A DNA stretch of 64,000 nucleotides. It comes from Nitrospirae bacterium GWF2_44_13. Its GTDB lineage: Bacteria > Nitrospirota > Thermodesulfovibrionia > Thermodesulfovibrionales > UBA1546. Shown piece by piece: positions 42,877-51,698 of this stretch (positions are counted from its first letter, which is position 1; each line of letters starts with the position of its first letter). The stretch lies in assembly GCA_001805105.1 (NCBI GenBank), contig MHEE01000012.1:25590-89589 (forward strand), in the 5' to 3' direction. The translations under genes were made by a program, and so were the position numbers. The notes under the pieces are model-generated. The model was not told the origin of the DNA and searched no databases. It worked only from the letters and a program-made list of their open reading frames with translations.

Positions 42877-43936
42877 GTTTTTGTATCTCTTTTGTTATCT
42901 CCGTAAGGTCAATTCCTGTCGGACACCATGTTATGCACCTGCCGCACCCGACAGTTCCGAAAACTCCGTACTGATTTGTCTGGCCTAACTTATGCGTAAC
43001 AAACTGCCTGAGCCTTGCAGCCCTCCTCTGTCTGAAATTGCCTCCGTGGACTTCTGCAAACCTTATGTCCTGACATGCATCAAAACACCTGTATCTTGTT
43101 ACTGTCTTAAGATCCATGCTCATCTCATCTCTCAGATCATAGCAAAAACACGTCGGGCATACCATGACACAGTTTGAGCATGAAAGACATTTCTCTTCCG
43201 CTGTCTGCTGCCAGACAGGGTGTCCCATGTTCTCCACAAAAATATTGTCAAGCCCTGAAACATTTATAGTTTTTCTAAATTTACCCTGCATTGCTTTTTC
43301 CTTTTCTGCTTTAAGTCTCAGCTCATCCCTGCCGGCGCCTCTGCCTTCAAGCCCGAATAATTCCTCTGCCTCTCTGCTTTTTATCTCTACGAGATATTCG
43401 TTTTCAAAGTCGGTTAGGAGCATGTCATAACCTCCTGCTGCATGAAGAAAAGGCCCGGCGCCAACCGATGAGCAGAAACAGTTGTCTCCAACGTTTGTAC
43501 AATTTAACGAGATGATTAGAGTATTTTTCCGCCTTGCTTCATAGTGCGGGTCTTTAAACGCACCGAGAAATGTCCTGTCAAGGTAGAGTATTGCATTCAC
43601 ATCGCAGGGATGCACTCCTACAATTACCTGCTTTTCTGCAATCGGAGCAATTTCATCTATTGTTATCTTCCCATTCATAGCAAATCTGAAAAGCTCGTCA
43701 TTCGGTTTATAGAGAAAAAGTTTTCCCGGAGAGAGCATGGTGGTTTCATACTCCATGAAAAGCTCTTCTGAAGAATCCACTTCTTTAAAAACAGCATGAT
43801 TGCCCCGATAATATCGGGGGCCTATAAGCTTGTAATCTTTCTTCAGAGAATCAAGCCACAGCAGAAAAGCCTTTTTTGAAATCAGACGTTTAAATTTTTG
43901 GAAAGTGCGTTCCCCAGTCATACCATTTCCAGACAT
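42863..43936 (-). CDS. hydrogenase beta subunit (4Fe-4S dicluster electron-transfer subunit)
   Basis: CLSCSNCVMVCPTCFC and CGRCITWCP motifs. The start is uncertain (alternative MTGERTF at 43921). Confidence 0.8.
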   Translation of the reverse strand: MSGNGMTGERTFQKFKRLISKKAFLLWLDSLKKDYKLIGPRYYRGNHAVFKEVDSSEELFMEYETTMLSPGKLFLYKPNDELFRFAMNGKITIDEIAPIAEKQVIVGVHPCDVNAILYLDRTFLGAFKDPHYEARRKNTLIISLNCTNVGDNCFCSSVGAGPFLHAAGGYDMLLTDFENEYLVEIKSREAEELFGLEGRGAGRDELRLKAEKEKAMQGKFRKTINVSGLDNIFVENMGHPVWQQTAEEKCLSCSNCVMVCPTCFCYDLRDEMSMDLKTVTRYRCFDACQDIRFAEVHGGNFRQRRAARLRQFVTHKLGQTNQYGVFGTVGCGRCITWCPTGIDLTEITKEIQKHEPA

Positions 43937-44951
43937 CCCTTGTCAGGTCTTTATATTCTGTTTTTATATGCTCAAACAGGCGTGCATTTTCTATTGCGAT
44001 AGCGCCCTGACAGGCAAGGGCAGAAAGAAAATCTCTCTCTGACTCGCTGAAGGTATAAGGGACAGACGTATAAACCCTGAGAACTCCTATCGCTTTTCCC
44101 CTGACAGTAAGGGGCAGAGAAAGAAGCGACATTATGCCTTCCCTTATTATTTCATCCGGATACTGAAGCCTTTTGTCTTTCCTGATGTCCCGAACTGCCA
44201 TAGATACAACCTTACATTTCAGGCACTCCCTGTCTATGGGGCTCTTCGCAACTTCAACCGGCCCTTTTTCCAGATATGCCCTGCTCAGTCCGTAAGCCGC
44301 CTTGACCTCAAGCGTCCCTTTTTCCTCGTCAAGAAGCCTGATTGATGAAGCCCTCAGCCTTAACGTCTTAGCGGCATTTTCCACTATCATCTGGAGAACT
44401 TTCTCAAGTGAAAGGGTTGAACTTATTGACTGTGATATTTTTATCAGAGCGCGCATTTCATCCCATATCCTTGCCCTGTCTGCAAGTATGCCTCCCAGAA
44501 AGGCAAGCGCCCTGAGCTTCGCTGTCTCTCCGGCAGTAAAATCATGAGGCTCTGCCGTATAGACCCTGACAACGCCTATAGCCCTCTTATCCGCCATAAG
44601 CGGAACGCTGAGCACTGATTTTATGCCCTCTTTTTTAGCCTCCTCAAGATACAGGACATGAGGCTCCTTTAATATGTTCCTGGTCTTTACAGCCTTTCCT
44701 TTAAGAACCTTTTGGTCAACAAGATGTTTTTTCAGAACAACAGGGCCTTTCTTTAAATACTTCTTGCTCAAGCCGTATGCAGCCACAATCTCAAGGGTCT
44801 GATTCTTTTCATCAAGCAGCCTGATCGTTGAGCCTTTAACATCCATAATCTCTGCGATATTTTTTGCGAGGATGTTCAGTGTGGCATCGAGGTTGCGCGC
44901 CTTAGCCAGTTCACCGCAGAGAGCGCACATATTGTCTTGTTGTCTCTTCAT
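43890..44951 (-). CDS. tandem GAF domain protein (no recognisable output domain)
   Basis: Two internally similar roughly 160-aa halves (…TIRLLDEKNQTLEIVAAYGLSKKYLKKGPV… and …SIRLLDEEKGTLEVKAAYGLSRAYLEKGPV…). Confidence 0.8.
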   Translation of the reverse strand: MKRQQDNMCALCGELAKARNLDATLNILAKNIAEIMDVKGSTIRLLDEKNQTLEIVAAYGLSKKYLKKGPVVLKKHLVDQKVLKGKAVKTRNILKEPHVLYLEEAKKEGIKSVLSVPLMADKRAIGVVRVYTAEPHDFTAGETAKLRALAFLGGILADRARIWDEMRALIKISQSISSTLSLEKVLQMIVENAAKTLRLRASSIRLLDEEKGTLEVKAAYGLSRAYLEKGPVEVAKSPIDRECLKCKVVSMAVRDIRKDKRLQYPDEIIREGIMSLLSLPLTVRGKAIGVLRVYTSVPYTFSESERDFLSALACQGAIAIENARLFEHIKTEYKDLTRDVWKWYDWGTHFPKI

Positions 44952-44986
44952 AAGACAACCCTATCAAACAGAAGAAAGGTTGTCAA

Positions 44987-45026
44987 CCCCGTTAGAAAAT
45001 TGGACGGGGCTTATTTTCTAACGGGG
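44987..45026 (-). terminator. perfect 14-bp stem-loop immediately after the yqeY-like stop
   Basis: CCCCGTTAGAAAAT, 12-nt loop, ATTTTCTAACGGGG. On the minus strand it is followed by TTGACA-17 nt-TAGGGT, a possible promoter for the GAF/hydrogenase genes. Confidence 0.6.
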
Positions 45027-45494
45027 TCAAGAATTAGGGGTGAGAATCTCTTTTACGCGCTGGCTAACGAGTTTTCCGTCTGCCTTGCCTTTTACTTTCG
45101 GCATAAGCTCTTTCATAAGCCTGCCCATGTCCTTCGCGCCAGTGATGCCTGCCTCCTGAATTGTTGCTCTAATGATTTCATCAACCTCTTCAGCAGAAAG
45201 CTGTTCAGGGAGATATTTCTGGATAATCTCTATCTCTTTATTTTCTTTTTCTGCAAGGTCATTCCTGTTTGCCTTTAAATACTGTTCTACAGATTCCTTG
45301 CGCTGCTTGACCATTGTAGAAAGCACACCCGTAATATCTTCTTCAGTAATCTCGCCTTTTCCGCGCTTTGCAATCTCTGCATTCTTTATCGCGGACTTTA
45401 TCATCCTGAGAGTGGAGGTCCTGAGGCCGCTTCCCTCTTCCTTACTCTTCATGCTTGTCACAAGGTCTTCATTTATTTTCTTTAAAATGTCCAT
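45027..45494 (-). CDS. GatB/YqeY domain protein
   Basis: MDILKKINEDLVTSMK...LR.IK.AI is a typical YqeY start. 155 aa. Confidence 0.88.
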   Translation of the reverse strand: MDILKKINEDLVTSMKSKEEGSGLRTSTLRMIKSAIKNAEIAKRGKGEITEEDITGVLSTMVKQRKESVEQYLKANRNDLAEKENKEIEIIQKYLPEQLSAEEVDEIIRATIQEAGITGAKDMGRLMKELMPKVKGKADGKLVSQRVKEILTPNS

Positions 45495-45598
45495 ATAATT
45501 ATTCTCCTTAACGTTTTTATCCTTTAGTATACACCAAACGCAATATCACTAATTAAGACAGCGTTCCATAAATAATATTGCGATTCTTGTTGGTCCCC

Positions 45599-45630
45599 AT
45601 GTAAACCCACAAATGACTTTTAGTTGACAA
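45599..45630 (+). promoter_or_regulatory. putative BirA operator overlapping a TTGACA -35 box upstream of bioB
   Basis: aTGTAAACC-N14-aGTTgACAA compared with the remembered bioO consensus TTGTAAACC-N14-16-GGTTTACAA (8/9 and 7/9 half-site matches). It ends 28 nt before the bioB ATG. Confidence 0.4.
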
Positions 45631-45658
45631 TTCATGCGCCTTTCCGAAAAAATAACCC

Positions 45659-46621
45659 ATGATTGACATTCTTCGAGACAGGGTTATAAGCGGGCAAACT
45701 ATAACAAAAACTGAAGCTGTTCAAATAAGCGCACTCCAAAAAACAGAGATGTCCGGCCTTTTTGCGGCGGCGAACAAAATACGTCAGGCATTCAGAGGAG
45801 ACTTTGTTGACCTATGTGCAATAGTAAACGCAAAATCAGGCGCGTGTCCTGAAGATTGCTCCTACTGCGCCCAATCGTCAAAGAGCAGGACTGAAACAGC
45901 CGTTTACCCTCTCCTCAATAAGAACGCTGTTATTGAAAAGGCAAAAGAAGCGAGGGATGCGGGCGTAAAAAGATTCTGCATTGTCACAAGCGGAAGAAAG
46001 ACAGGGAAAAACGAACTGAAAGAAATATGTTCAATGATAAAAGATATAAGGGAAATCGGTCTGCTGCCGTGTTCAACGCTCGGCTTGCTGAACAAAGATG
46101 AACTTAAATTTCTAAAAGACAGCGGGCTTGAGAGATACCACCACAATCTTGAAACATCAGAGGGATTCTTTCCTGAAATATGCAGAACCCATACATACAG
46201 CGACAAACTCAAAACCATAGATGCTGCAATAGCTGCCGGACTTTCCGTCTGTTCCGGCGGGATATTCGGACTTGGAGAGACATGGGAAGACAGGATTGAC
46301 ATGGCTCTTAAATTAAAAGAACTGCCCATAGATTCTGTTCCGATAAACTATCTTATTCCTGTTAAGGGGACGCCGCTTGGAGAACAGGACATGCTCGACC
46401 CGTTTGAAGCCCTAAAAATCGTGAGCCTTTACAGGTTCATTCTTCCGCAAAAGGAGATACGCGTATGCGGGGGAAGGATGCAGGTTTTAGGTGAATTTAA
46501 TTCAATGGTTTTTATGGCGGGAGCAGACTCTCTCCTTACAGGAAATTATCTTACAGCAACAGGCAGGACATTCAGTGACGACCGGCTTCTGATAAAGGCT
46601 TGCGGGTTGAGGACAGGCTGA
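45659..46621 (+). CDS. bioB: biotin synthase
   Basis: Radical SAM motif CPEDCSYCAQS and the typical BioB length. Confidence 0.95.
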   Translation: MIDILRDRVISGQTITKTEAVQISALQKTEMSGLFAAANKIRQAFRGDFVDLCAIVNAKSGACPEDCSYCAQSSKSRTETAVYPLLNKNAVIEKAKEARDAGVKRFCIVTSGRKTGKNELKEICSMIKDIREIGLLPCSTLGLLNKDELKFLKDSGLERYHHNLETSEGFFPEICRTHTYSDKLKTIDAAIAAGLSVCSGGIFGLGETWEDRIDMALKLKELPIDSVPINYLIPVKGTPLGEQDMLDPFEALKIVSLYRFILPQKEIRVCGGRMQVLGEFNSMVFMAGADSLLTGNYLTATGRTFSDDRLLIKACGLRTG

Positions 46622-46622
46622 G

Positions 46623-47360
46623 ATGTTTAGCATTCGCATGAGGGCGTCAAAGAGCGGCATCCACATCTCCGGCGCTGAAGGAATATGCCAAAAATCTGAA
46701 ATATCAAAGGCCTGCGGTGAATACATAAAAAGGGCTTTGACCCATTCCAGGGGCAAGCCTGACGAGATTGTTATCACAATTGAAAAAATAAAGCAGAAGC
46801 CAAAAACAATTTCATTGCTGCCTGTTGTCACGCTCAAGTGCAATTCTCCCGCGGAAGCAAAAAAAATCATAACACAGAAATCAGAATCACTTGGCATTTC
46901 AAAAAAAGCCATTGACAACGCATTCGTTGTTCTTAATTCGAAAAAGACAATGCGGGGCGCATCACTAATACTTGCAAAATCAGGGAAGAGGGTTGAGCCG
47001 GACAGAAAAAGAGGCGTAAGAGTATCAAGAATGGGAATTAAAAAATCAACTGAAAAAAATCTATCAGAAAAACTGTCAGGAGCAAAGATAAATACAACCC
47101 GCCTGATGCGGGTGAAAGAGGCATTAATGCTTGCATCAAAGGCAGCATCCTGGCCTGATGTTATCGCAGAGGCCTGCATCTCCGATGACCCCGATTATAC
47201 TACAGGGTACATCGCATCAAAGGAATTAGGTTATCTGAGGATACCGAATATCAAGAGAGGGAAAAAAATGCACGGAGGCAGGGTATTCTTTATCAGGGAA
47301 ACCGCTGATATTGCCGGATTAATCTCTTATTTGGAAAGAAAACCTGCTATCATTATATAA
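46623..47360 (+). CDS. bioW: 6-carboxyhexanoate--CoA ligase (pimeloyl-CoA synthetase)
   Basis: MFSIRMRASK...HISGAE start is typical of BioW. It lies immediately downstream of bioB. Confidence 0.85.
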   Translation: MFSIRMRASKSGIHISGAEGICQKSEISKACGEYIKRALTHSRGKPDEIVITIEKIKQKPKTISLLPVVTLKCNSPAEAKKIITQKSESLGISKKAIDNAFVVLNSKKTMRGASLILAKSGKRVEPDRKRGVRVSRMGIKKSTEKNLSEKLSGAKINTTRLMRVKEALMLASKAASWPDVIAEACISDDPDYTTGYIASKELGYLRIPNIKRGKKMHGGRVFFIRETADIAGLISYLERKPAIII

Positions 47361-47414
47361 AAATATCGTAATTGGAACCCAAAAACCGGTTGAGAAAAAA
47401 GCTCGCAAATACAG

Positions 47415-48422
47415 ATGAAACAGACTATATTTCTTATAGGTAATCCCGCAGCAGGCAGGAATGCTCTGAGGAAAATCAACGAAGCAGCAGCAATCATTAA
47501 AAACAAGGGACACAATGTTGAGATGCTGCTTACCGGAAAAAGAGGGGATGCAGAGTCATTTGCAAGGGAAATCGTTCAGAAGTCAGAAGTCAGAAGTCAG
47601 AAACCCAAGATTCAAGATGCAGGATACAAAATTCAGGATAATCATGCATCGTGCATCGTGCATCATGCATCGGAGGACTCCGAACTCCGAACTCCGAACT
47701 CCGAACTTCTAATCATCGCGGCAGGCGGTGATGGAACATACAATGAGGTGATTAACGGCATTGCCTGCACCAACATACCAATGGCAATACTCCCGCTCGG
47801 AACGACAAATGTCCTTGCTAAGGAGCTTGGCATATCGAAATCTATAGAAACCGCCGTCAGCATAGCACTGGAGAGAAACAGCCGTCACGTTTCTTTGGGA
47901 AGAATAACCATTGAAGCAAGCTCTGAGATGCCTCAAAATTCCCGTTACTTCTGCCTGATGGCAGGTATTGGATATGACGCTGAAACAGTTTACGGAATAA
48001 AAGATGAGATAAAAAGATACTCAGGGAAAGGAGCATATATCTTAAGCGGGCTAAAGACACTGCTTAGATGGGCGCCTGATAAATTGACCTTCACCATGAA
48101 CGGCGTATCCTGCGAAGGATACTCGGCAATAATCTGCAAGACATCAAAATATGCGGGAAATTTCAGAATTGCGCCTGATGCAGATATAAAGAACGCCGAT
48201 TTTTATACCTTCATTATGCACGGTAAAAAGCGGCTGGACATTTTCAGATATGTCTCAGGGATAGTTATGGAAAAACACCTAAAATGTACAGACATAACAT
48301 ATAGGAAAATAGAGAACATGGCAGTCAAGGGTAAAGCGCACATACAAATAGACGGAGATTATTTCGGAATGACGCCGGCAAAAATTGAGGTTGTACCCGA
48401 GGCGCTGAGGCTTATATATTAG
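47415..48422 (+). CDS. diacylglycerol/lipid kinase family protein (YegS/BmrU-like)
   Basis: GNPAAG start, AAGGDGT and LPLGTTN motifs. Carries a roughly 45-aa in-frame repeat-derived insert just before AAGGDGT. Confidence 0.85.
   Translation: MKQTIFLIGNPAAGRNALRKINEAAAIIKNKGHNVEMLLTGKRGDAESFAREIVQKSEVRSQKPKIQDAGYKIQDNHASCIVHHASEDSELRTPNSELLIIAAGGDGTYNEVINGIACTNIPMAILPLGTTNVLAKELGISKSIETAVSIALERNSRHVSLGRITIEASSEMPQNSRYFCLMAGIGYDAETVYGIKDEIKRYSGKGAYILSGLKTLLRWAPDKLTFTMNGVSCEGYSAIICKTSKYAGNFRIAPDADIKNADFYTFIMHGKKRLDIFRYVSGIVMEKHLKCTDITYRKIENMAVKGKAHIQIDGDYFGMTPAKIEVVPEALRLIY
47576..47709. repeat. nested composite of four heptamer arrays inside the lipid kinase gene
   Basis: Outer left (TCAGAAG)x3-4, inner TNCAGGA-type units (reverse complement of ATCCTGY), inner (ATGCATC/GTGCATC)x4, and outer right GGAGGAC (TCCGAAC)x4 TTC. 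Confidence 0.8.
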
Positions 48423-48438
48423 ACAAAGGACTTATCTC

Positions 48439-48975
48439 TTACTGCTTCTTCTTTAACAAAGATTCCATTTTTCCGTGGAATGAAAGAAGGGCTTCTCTCA
48501 GTTTATCCTTTGAAACATGCTCCTTTTCGATAAGAGCCATAACATGCAGCAATTCAGCATCGATAGTTTTACGGAAACCTTCCTTATCAAAAGACTTTCT
48601 TTCAAACTCGTCCAGCACCTTATTCATTTCTGAAATAAACGATTTGATATAAAAGTCATCGCTGGTTCTTATATGAAGCCGCCTGTGATAATTGCCCGCC
48701 AGTATAATTTTCATCTCCATCTTCAATCTTTCGAACGGGCCTATAAACCTGTGAGTGAAAAAAAGGGCTAATACAATAACGATAACCACATAACCCAAAA
48801 ACACGGCTATAAAAGAAAAAACTCCATGTTCTATCTTAGCGCCGAGTTCTTTGGTCACATATGTAAAGATGATACCGGCAAGAAGCGACCAGATAACTAT
48901 AAGGGCGATTGAAAGCCGCAGCTCTTTAGCCATAAAAAATATCTGTTTTACACTCTTTGCCTTCCTCTTATCCAT
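48439..48975 (-). CDS. membrane protein with HAMP-like linker
   Basis: Two TM helices followed by FTHRFIGPFERL...AGNYHRRLHIRTSDDF....EMN, a HAMP-like segment. Confidence 0.55.
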   Translation of the reverse strand: MDKRKAKSVKQIFFMAKELRLSIALIVIWSLLAGIIFTYVTKELGAKIEHGVFSFIAVFLGYVVIVIVLALFFTHRFIGPFERLKMEMKIILAGNYHRRLHIRTSDDFYIKSFISEMNKVLDEFERKSFDKEGFRKTIDAELLHVMALIEKEHVSKDKLREALLSFHGKMESLLKKKQ

Positions 48976-49057
48976 CGTATATATTCTATCATTAAACAGA
49001 TTGATATTACCAAGAATTATTATTCTTTTCAGCCCGTGTATACTTTATAATTAATAC

Positions 49058-49603
49058 ATGCACAGAAGAGGCCTGAAGTCAAGCGCACTATTCACAATAT
49101 TGATTGCATTACTGCTTCACAATCTTTGCATTTACGGCAACTCCCCTGCATCTGGTGAGCAAAGGCATGTTAGGGTTAGTAGAGTGCACGACGGCGATAC
49201 TGTAAGCGTAATTCTAAACGGCAGGAAGGAAAAGATAAGATTGATAGGCATGGATGCTCCGGAAATCAAACAAAAACCGTGGGGGACAAAAGCAAGAAAG
49301 CACCTTGAAAAAATGCTGATAGCGTCCAACCGGAAAGTTACCCTTGAATTTGATGTGGAAAAAAGGGACAAATACGGAAGGCTCCTCTGCTATGTATATT
49401 CAACTGACAAAAATATGATAAACCTTCAGATGCTGAAACACGGTTACGCAGTGCTCCTTACCATCTCGCCAAATGTACGCCATGTTGATGAATTCAGAAA
49501 AGCACAGCACGATGCCCGCGAACAAAAACTCGGCATTTGGGGCAGCAGTGGACTCAAGGAAACACCTTCTGAATTCAGAAAAAAACATCCGAGAAATAAC
49601 TGA
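49058..49603 (+). CDS. thermonuclease (staphylococcal nuclease-like, SNase) family protein
   Basis: Signal/anchor segment, VHDGDT...IRLIGMDAPE and GRLL.YV motifs. Confidence 0.85.
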   Translation: MHRRGLKSSALFTILIALLLHNLCIYGNSPASGEQRHVRVSRVHDGDTVSVILNGRKEKIRLIGMDAPEIKQKPWGTKARKHLEKMLIASNRKVTLEFDVEKRDKYGRLLCYVYSTDKNMINLQMLKHGYAVLLTISPNVRHVDEFRKAQHDAREQKLGIWGSSGLKETPSEFRKKHPRNN

Positions 49604-49669
49604 GATACACCTGAGCCTTGACTTCCGGTTTGTTAATGCATAAAATATAGTTTATATAAAGGCCTACGT

Positions 49670-50617
49670 ATGCTCAAAAGATTTGCTGAATATTTAACTT
49701 ACGATATCGTTCGATTGGAGCAGGGGCGTCTTGCCGACGCACTTGTTTTTTTCACCTATGACACAATAAAGATATTCTTCCTCCTCTCTGTTGTCATTTT
49801 CTTCATATCAATTCTCCGAAGTTACTTTTCGCCTGAAAAGACAAGACGCATCCTTTCGCATAAAAAAGAATTTATAGGAAATATCCTTGCAGCCTTACTT
49901 GGAGTTGCGACTCCGTTCTGTTCGTGTTCTGCTGTGCCATTGTTCATCGGTTTTGTCGAGGCCGGCATTCCTCTTGGCGTTACATTCTCATTTCTGATTG
50001 CATCACCCATGGTGAATGAGATCGCAGTTGTGCTCTTGTGGGGACTGCTCGGATGGAAACTCACCGCACTTTATATTGGAACAGGGCTAATTGTTGCAAT
50101 ACTGAGCGGTATCATTATCGGAAGATTACGGCTCGAAAAGTGGGTCGAAGAATATGCATATAAAATCCACATTGCTGAGAATCTTGAGACACCAAACCGT
50201 ACATTCAGGGAAAGAATTGAATACGCCCGGCACAATACAATCGATATCCTGGAACGAATCTGGTTCTTTATCCTTATTGCAATCGGCATCGGCGGTTTTA
50301 TCCATGGATACGTTCCAGAGGACTTCCTGCTCAGATACGCAGGTCCGGACAATCTATTTGCAGTTCCCATGGCAGTTATTATCGGAGTTCCTCTCTATTC
50401 GAATGCTGCCGGAGTCATCCCTATTGTCTCAGCCTTAATCAGCAAAGGACTTGCCGTAGGCACAGTGCTCGCCTTTATGATGGCAGTCACTGCTTTATCA
50501 CTGCCTGAGATGATAATTTTGAGGAAAGTAATAAAACTGCCGCTGCTCGCAGTGTTTATCGGTATAATGACTGTAACAATAATACTGGTTGGTTATCTGT
50601 TCAACGCAATCTTGTAA
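49670..50617 (+). CDS. arsP: DUF318/ArsP-type permease
   Basis: Polytopic membrane protein with the vicinal-cysteine motif TPFCSCSAVPLF. It leads an ars gene cluster. Confidence 0.75.
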   Translation: MLKRFAEYLTYDIVRLEQGRLADALVFFTYDTIKIFFLLSVVIFFISILRSYFSPEKTRRILSHKKEFIGNILAALLGVATPFCSCSAVPLFIGFVEAGIPLGVTFSFLIASPMVNEIAVVLLWGLLGWKLTALYIGTGLIVAILSGIIIGRLRLEKWVEEYAYKIHIAENLETPNRTFRERIEYARHNTIDILERIWFFILIAIGIGGFIHGYVPEDFLLRYAGPDNLFAVPMAVIIGVPLYSNAAGVIPIVSALISKGLAVGTVLAFMMAVTALSLPEMIILRKVIKLPLLAVFIGIMTVTIILVGYLFNAIL

Positions 50618-50635
50618 CAAAATTCAGGAGGGGTA

Positions 50636-50875
50636 ATGGATATTAAAATATTAGGTCCTGGCTGCGCGAACTGCCACAAGATGGAAGAGATGGCAAAAAA
50701 AGCTGCGGCGGATTTGGGCCTCAAAGCAACGATTGAAAAGATTACTGACATTGCGGAGATAATGAAGTATACGATGTCAACTCCCGGTCTTGTGATAAAC
50801 GGCAAACTAAGACATTCAGGCAAACCTTTACCAGACCTTGAAAAGGTAAAGGAACTGATCAGGCAAGAGGCTTAA
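50636..50875 (+). CDS. thioredoxin-fold redox-active disulfide protein (TM0996/MTH895-like)
   Basis: 79 aa with MDIKILGPGCANC (CxxC) and PGLVINGK. Confidence 0.75.
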   Translation: MDIKILGPGCANCHKMEEMAKKAAADLGLKATIEKITDIAEIMKYTMSTPGLVINGKLRHSGKPLPDLEKVKELIRQEA

Positions 50876-50881
50876 CCATCC

Positions 50882-51259
50882 ATGGAAACAATCCTCACAA
50901 TATTTAAGGCGCTCTCTGATGAGACAAGGCTGCGGATATTAAAACTGCTTGAACATGGAGAGTTGTGCGTTTGCGATATTGTCGCAGCTCTGGACATGGT
51001 TCAGCCAAAGGTCTCTTTTCATCTGGGGGTGTTAAAAGAAGCAGGCTTTATAAAGGACTGCAAACACGGAAGGTGGATTCATTACAAACTTGATGATGCC
51101 GACATGTTCAAGAGGTCTTTAATCCTGTCTGTGCTTGAAAGAACATCTAATGCTGCCGCCGCAGAGGATAAAAAACGGCTTGAGAGGTTTCTGAAAAGCA
51201 AAAAAACAAAAACAGATTGCATCAATCTTAAAAATACCGCGAGAGGTAATCATGCTTAA
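50882..51259 (+). CDS. arsR: ArsR/SmtB-family metalloregulator
   Basis: Winged HTH with the ELCVCDI arsenite-binding motif. Confidence 0.88.
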   Translation: METILTIFKALSDETRLRILKLLEHGELCVCDIVAALDMVQPKVSFHLGVLKEAGFIKDCKHGRWIHYKLDDADMFKRSLILSVLERTSNAAAAEDKKRLERFLKSKKTKTDCINLKNTARGNHA

Positions 51260-51698
51260 AGTAATGTTTTTGTGCACGGGGAATTCCTGCAGAAGCCAGA
51301 TGGCAGAGGGCTTTGCAAAACACTACGGGAAAGAACTGTTAGAGGCCTACAGCGCCGGGCTGCTCGCAACTCGGGTGCATCCGCAGGCCATCACGGTGAT
51401 GAAAGAACTTGGGATTGATATCTCTATGCAGAAGTCAAAAACAATAGACATGGAACTGCTCAATAGGATGGATATGATTATCACACTCTGCGGGAATGCG
51501 GAGGCTTCATGCCCGATGACACCCCCGCACATTAAGCGCCTACACTGGTCTATTGATGACCCTGTAGAGACAATCGGTTCGGAGGAGAAAAACGTAAATG
51601 AATTCAGAAGGGCAAGGGATGAGATAAAAAAAAGAATACTCATTTTGACAAAAACGCTCGGTCTACATGAAAAAAGCGAAGCTCAAGGGGAATTATAA
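51252..51698 (+). CDS. arsC: arsenate reductase, LMW-PTP (thioredoxin-coupled) type
   Basis: [14 protein letters not shown]-loop. Additional Cys residues fit the Trx-coupled type. Confidence 0.9.
   Translation: MLKVMFLCTGNSCRSQMAEGFAKHYGKELLEAYSAGLLATRVHPQAITVMKELGIDISMQKSKTIDMELLNRMDMIITLCGNAEASCPMTPPHIKRLHWSIDDPVETIGSEEKNVNEFRRARDEIKKRILILTKTLGLHEKSEAQGEL

Noticed and set aside
46502-47179. 225-aa minus-strand ORF antisense to bioW
   Set aside because: It lies entirely within the well-supported bioB/bioW coding region. The translation is low-complexity (S/F/I-rich) with no motif. This is a typical shadow ORF.
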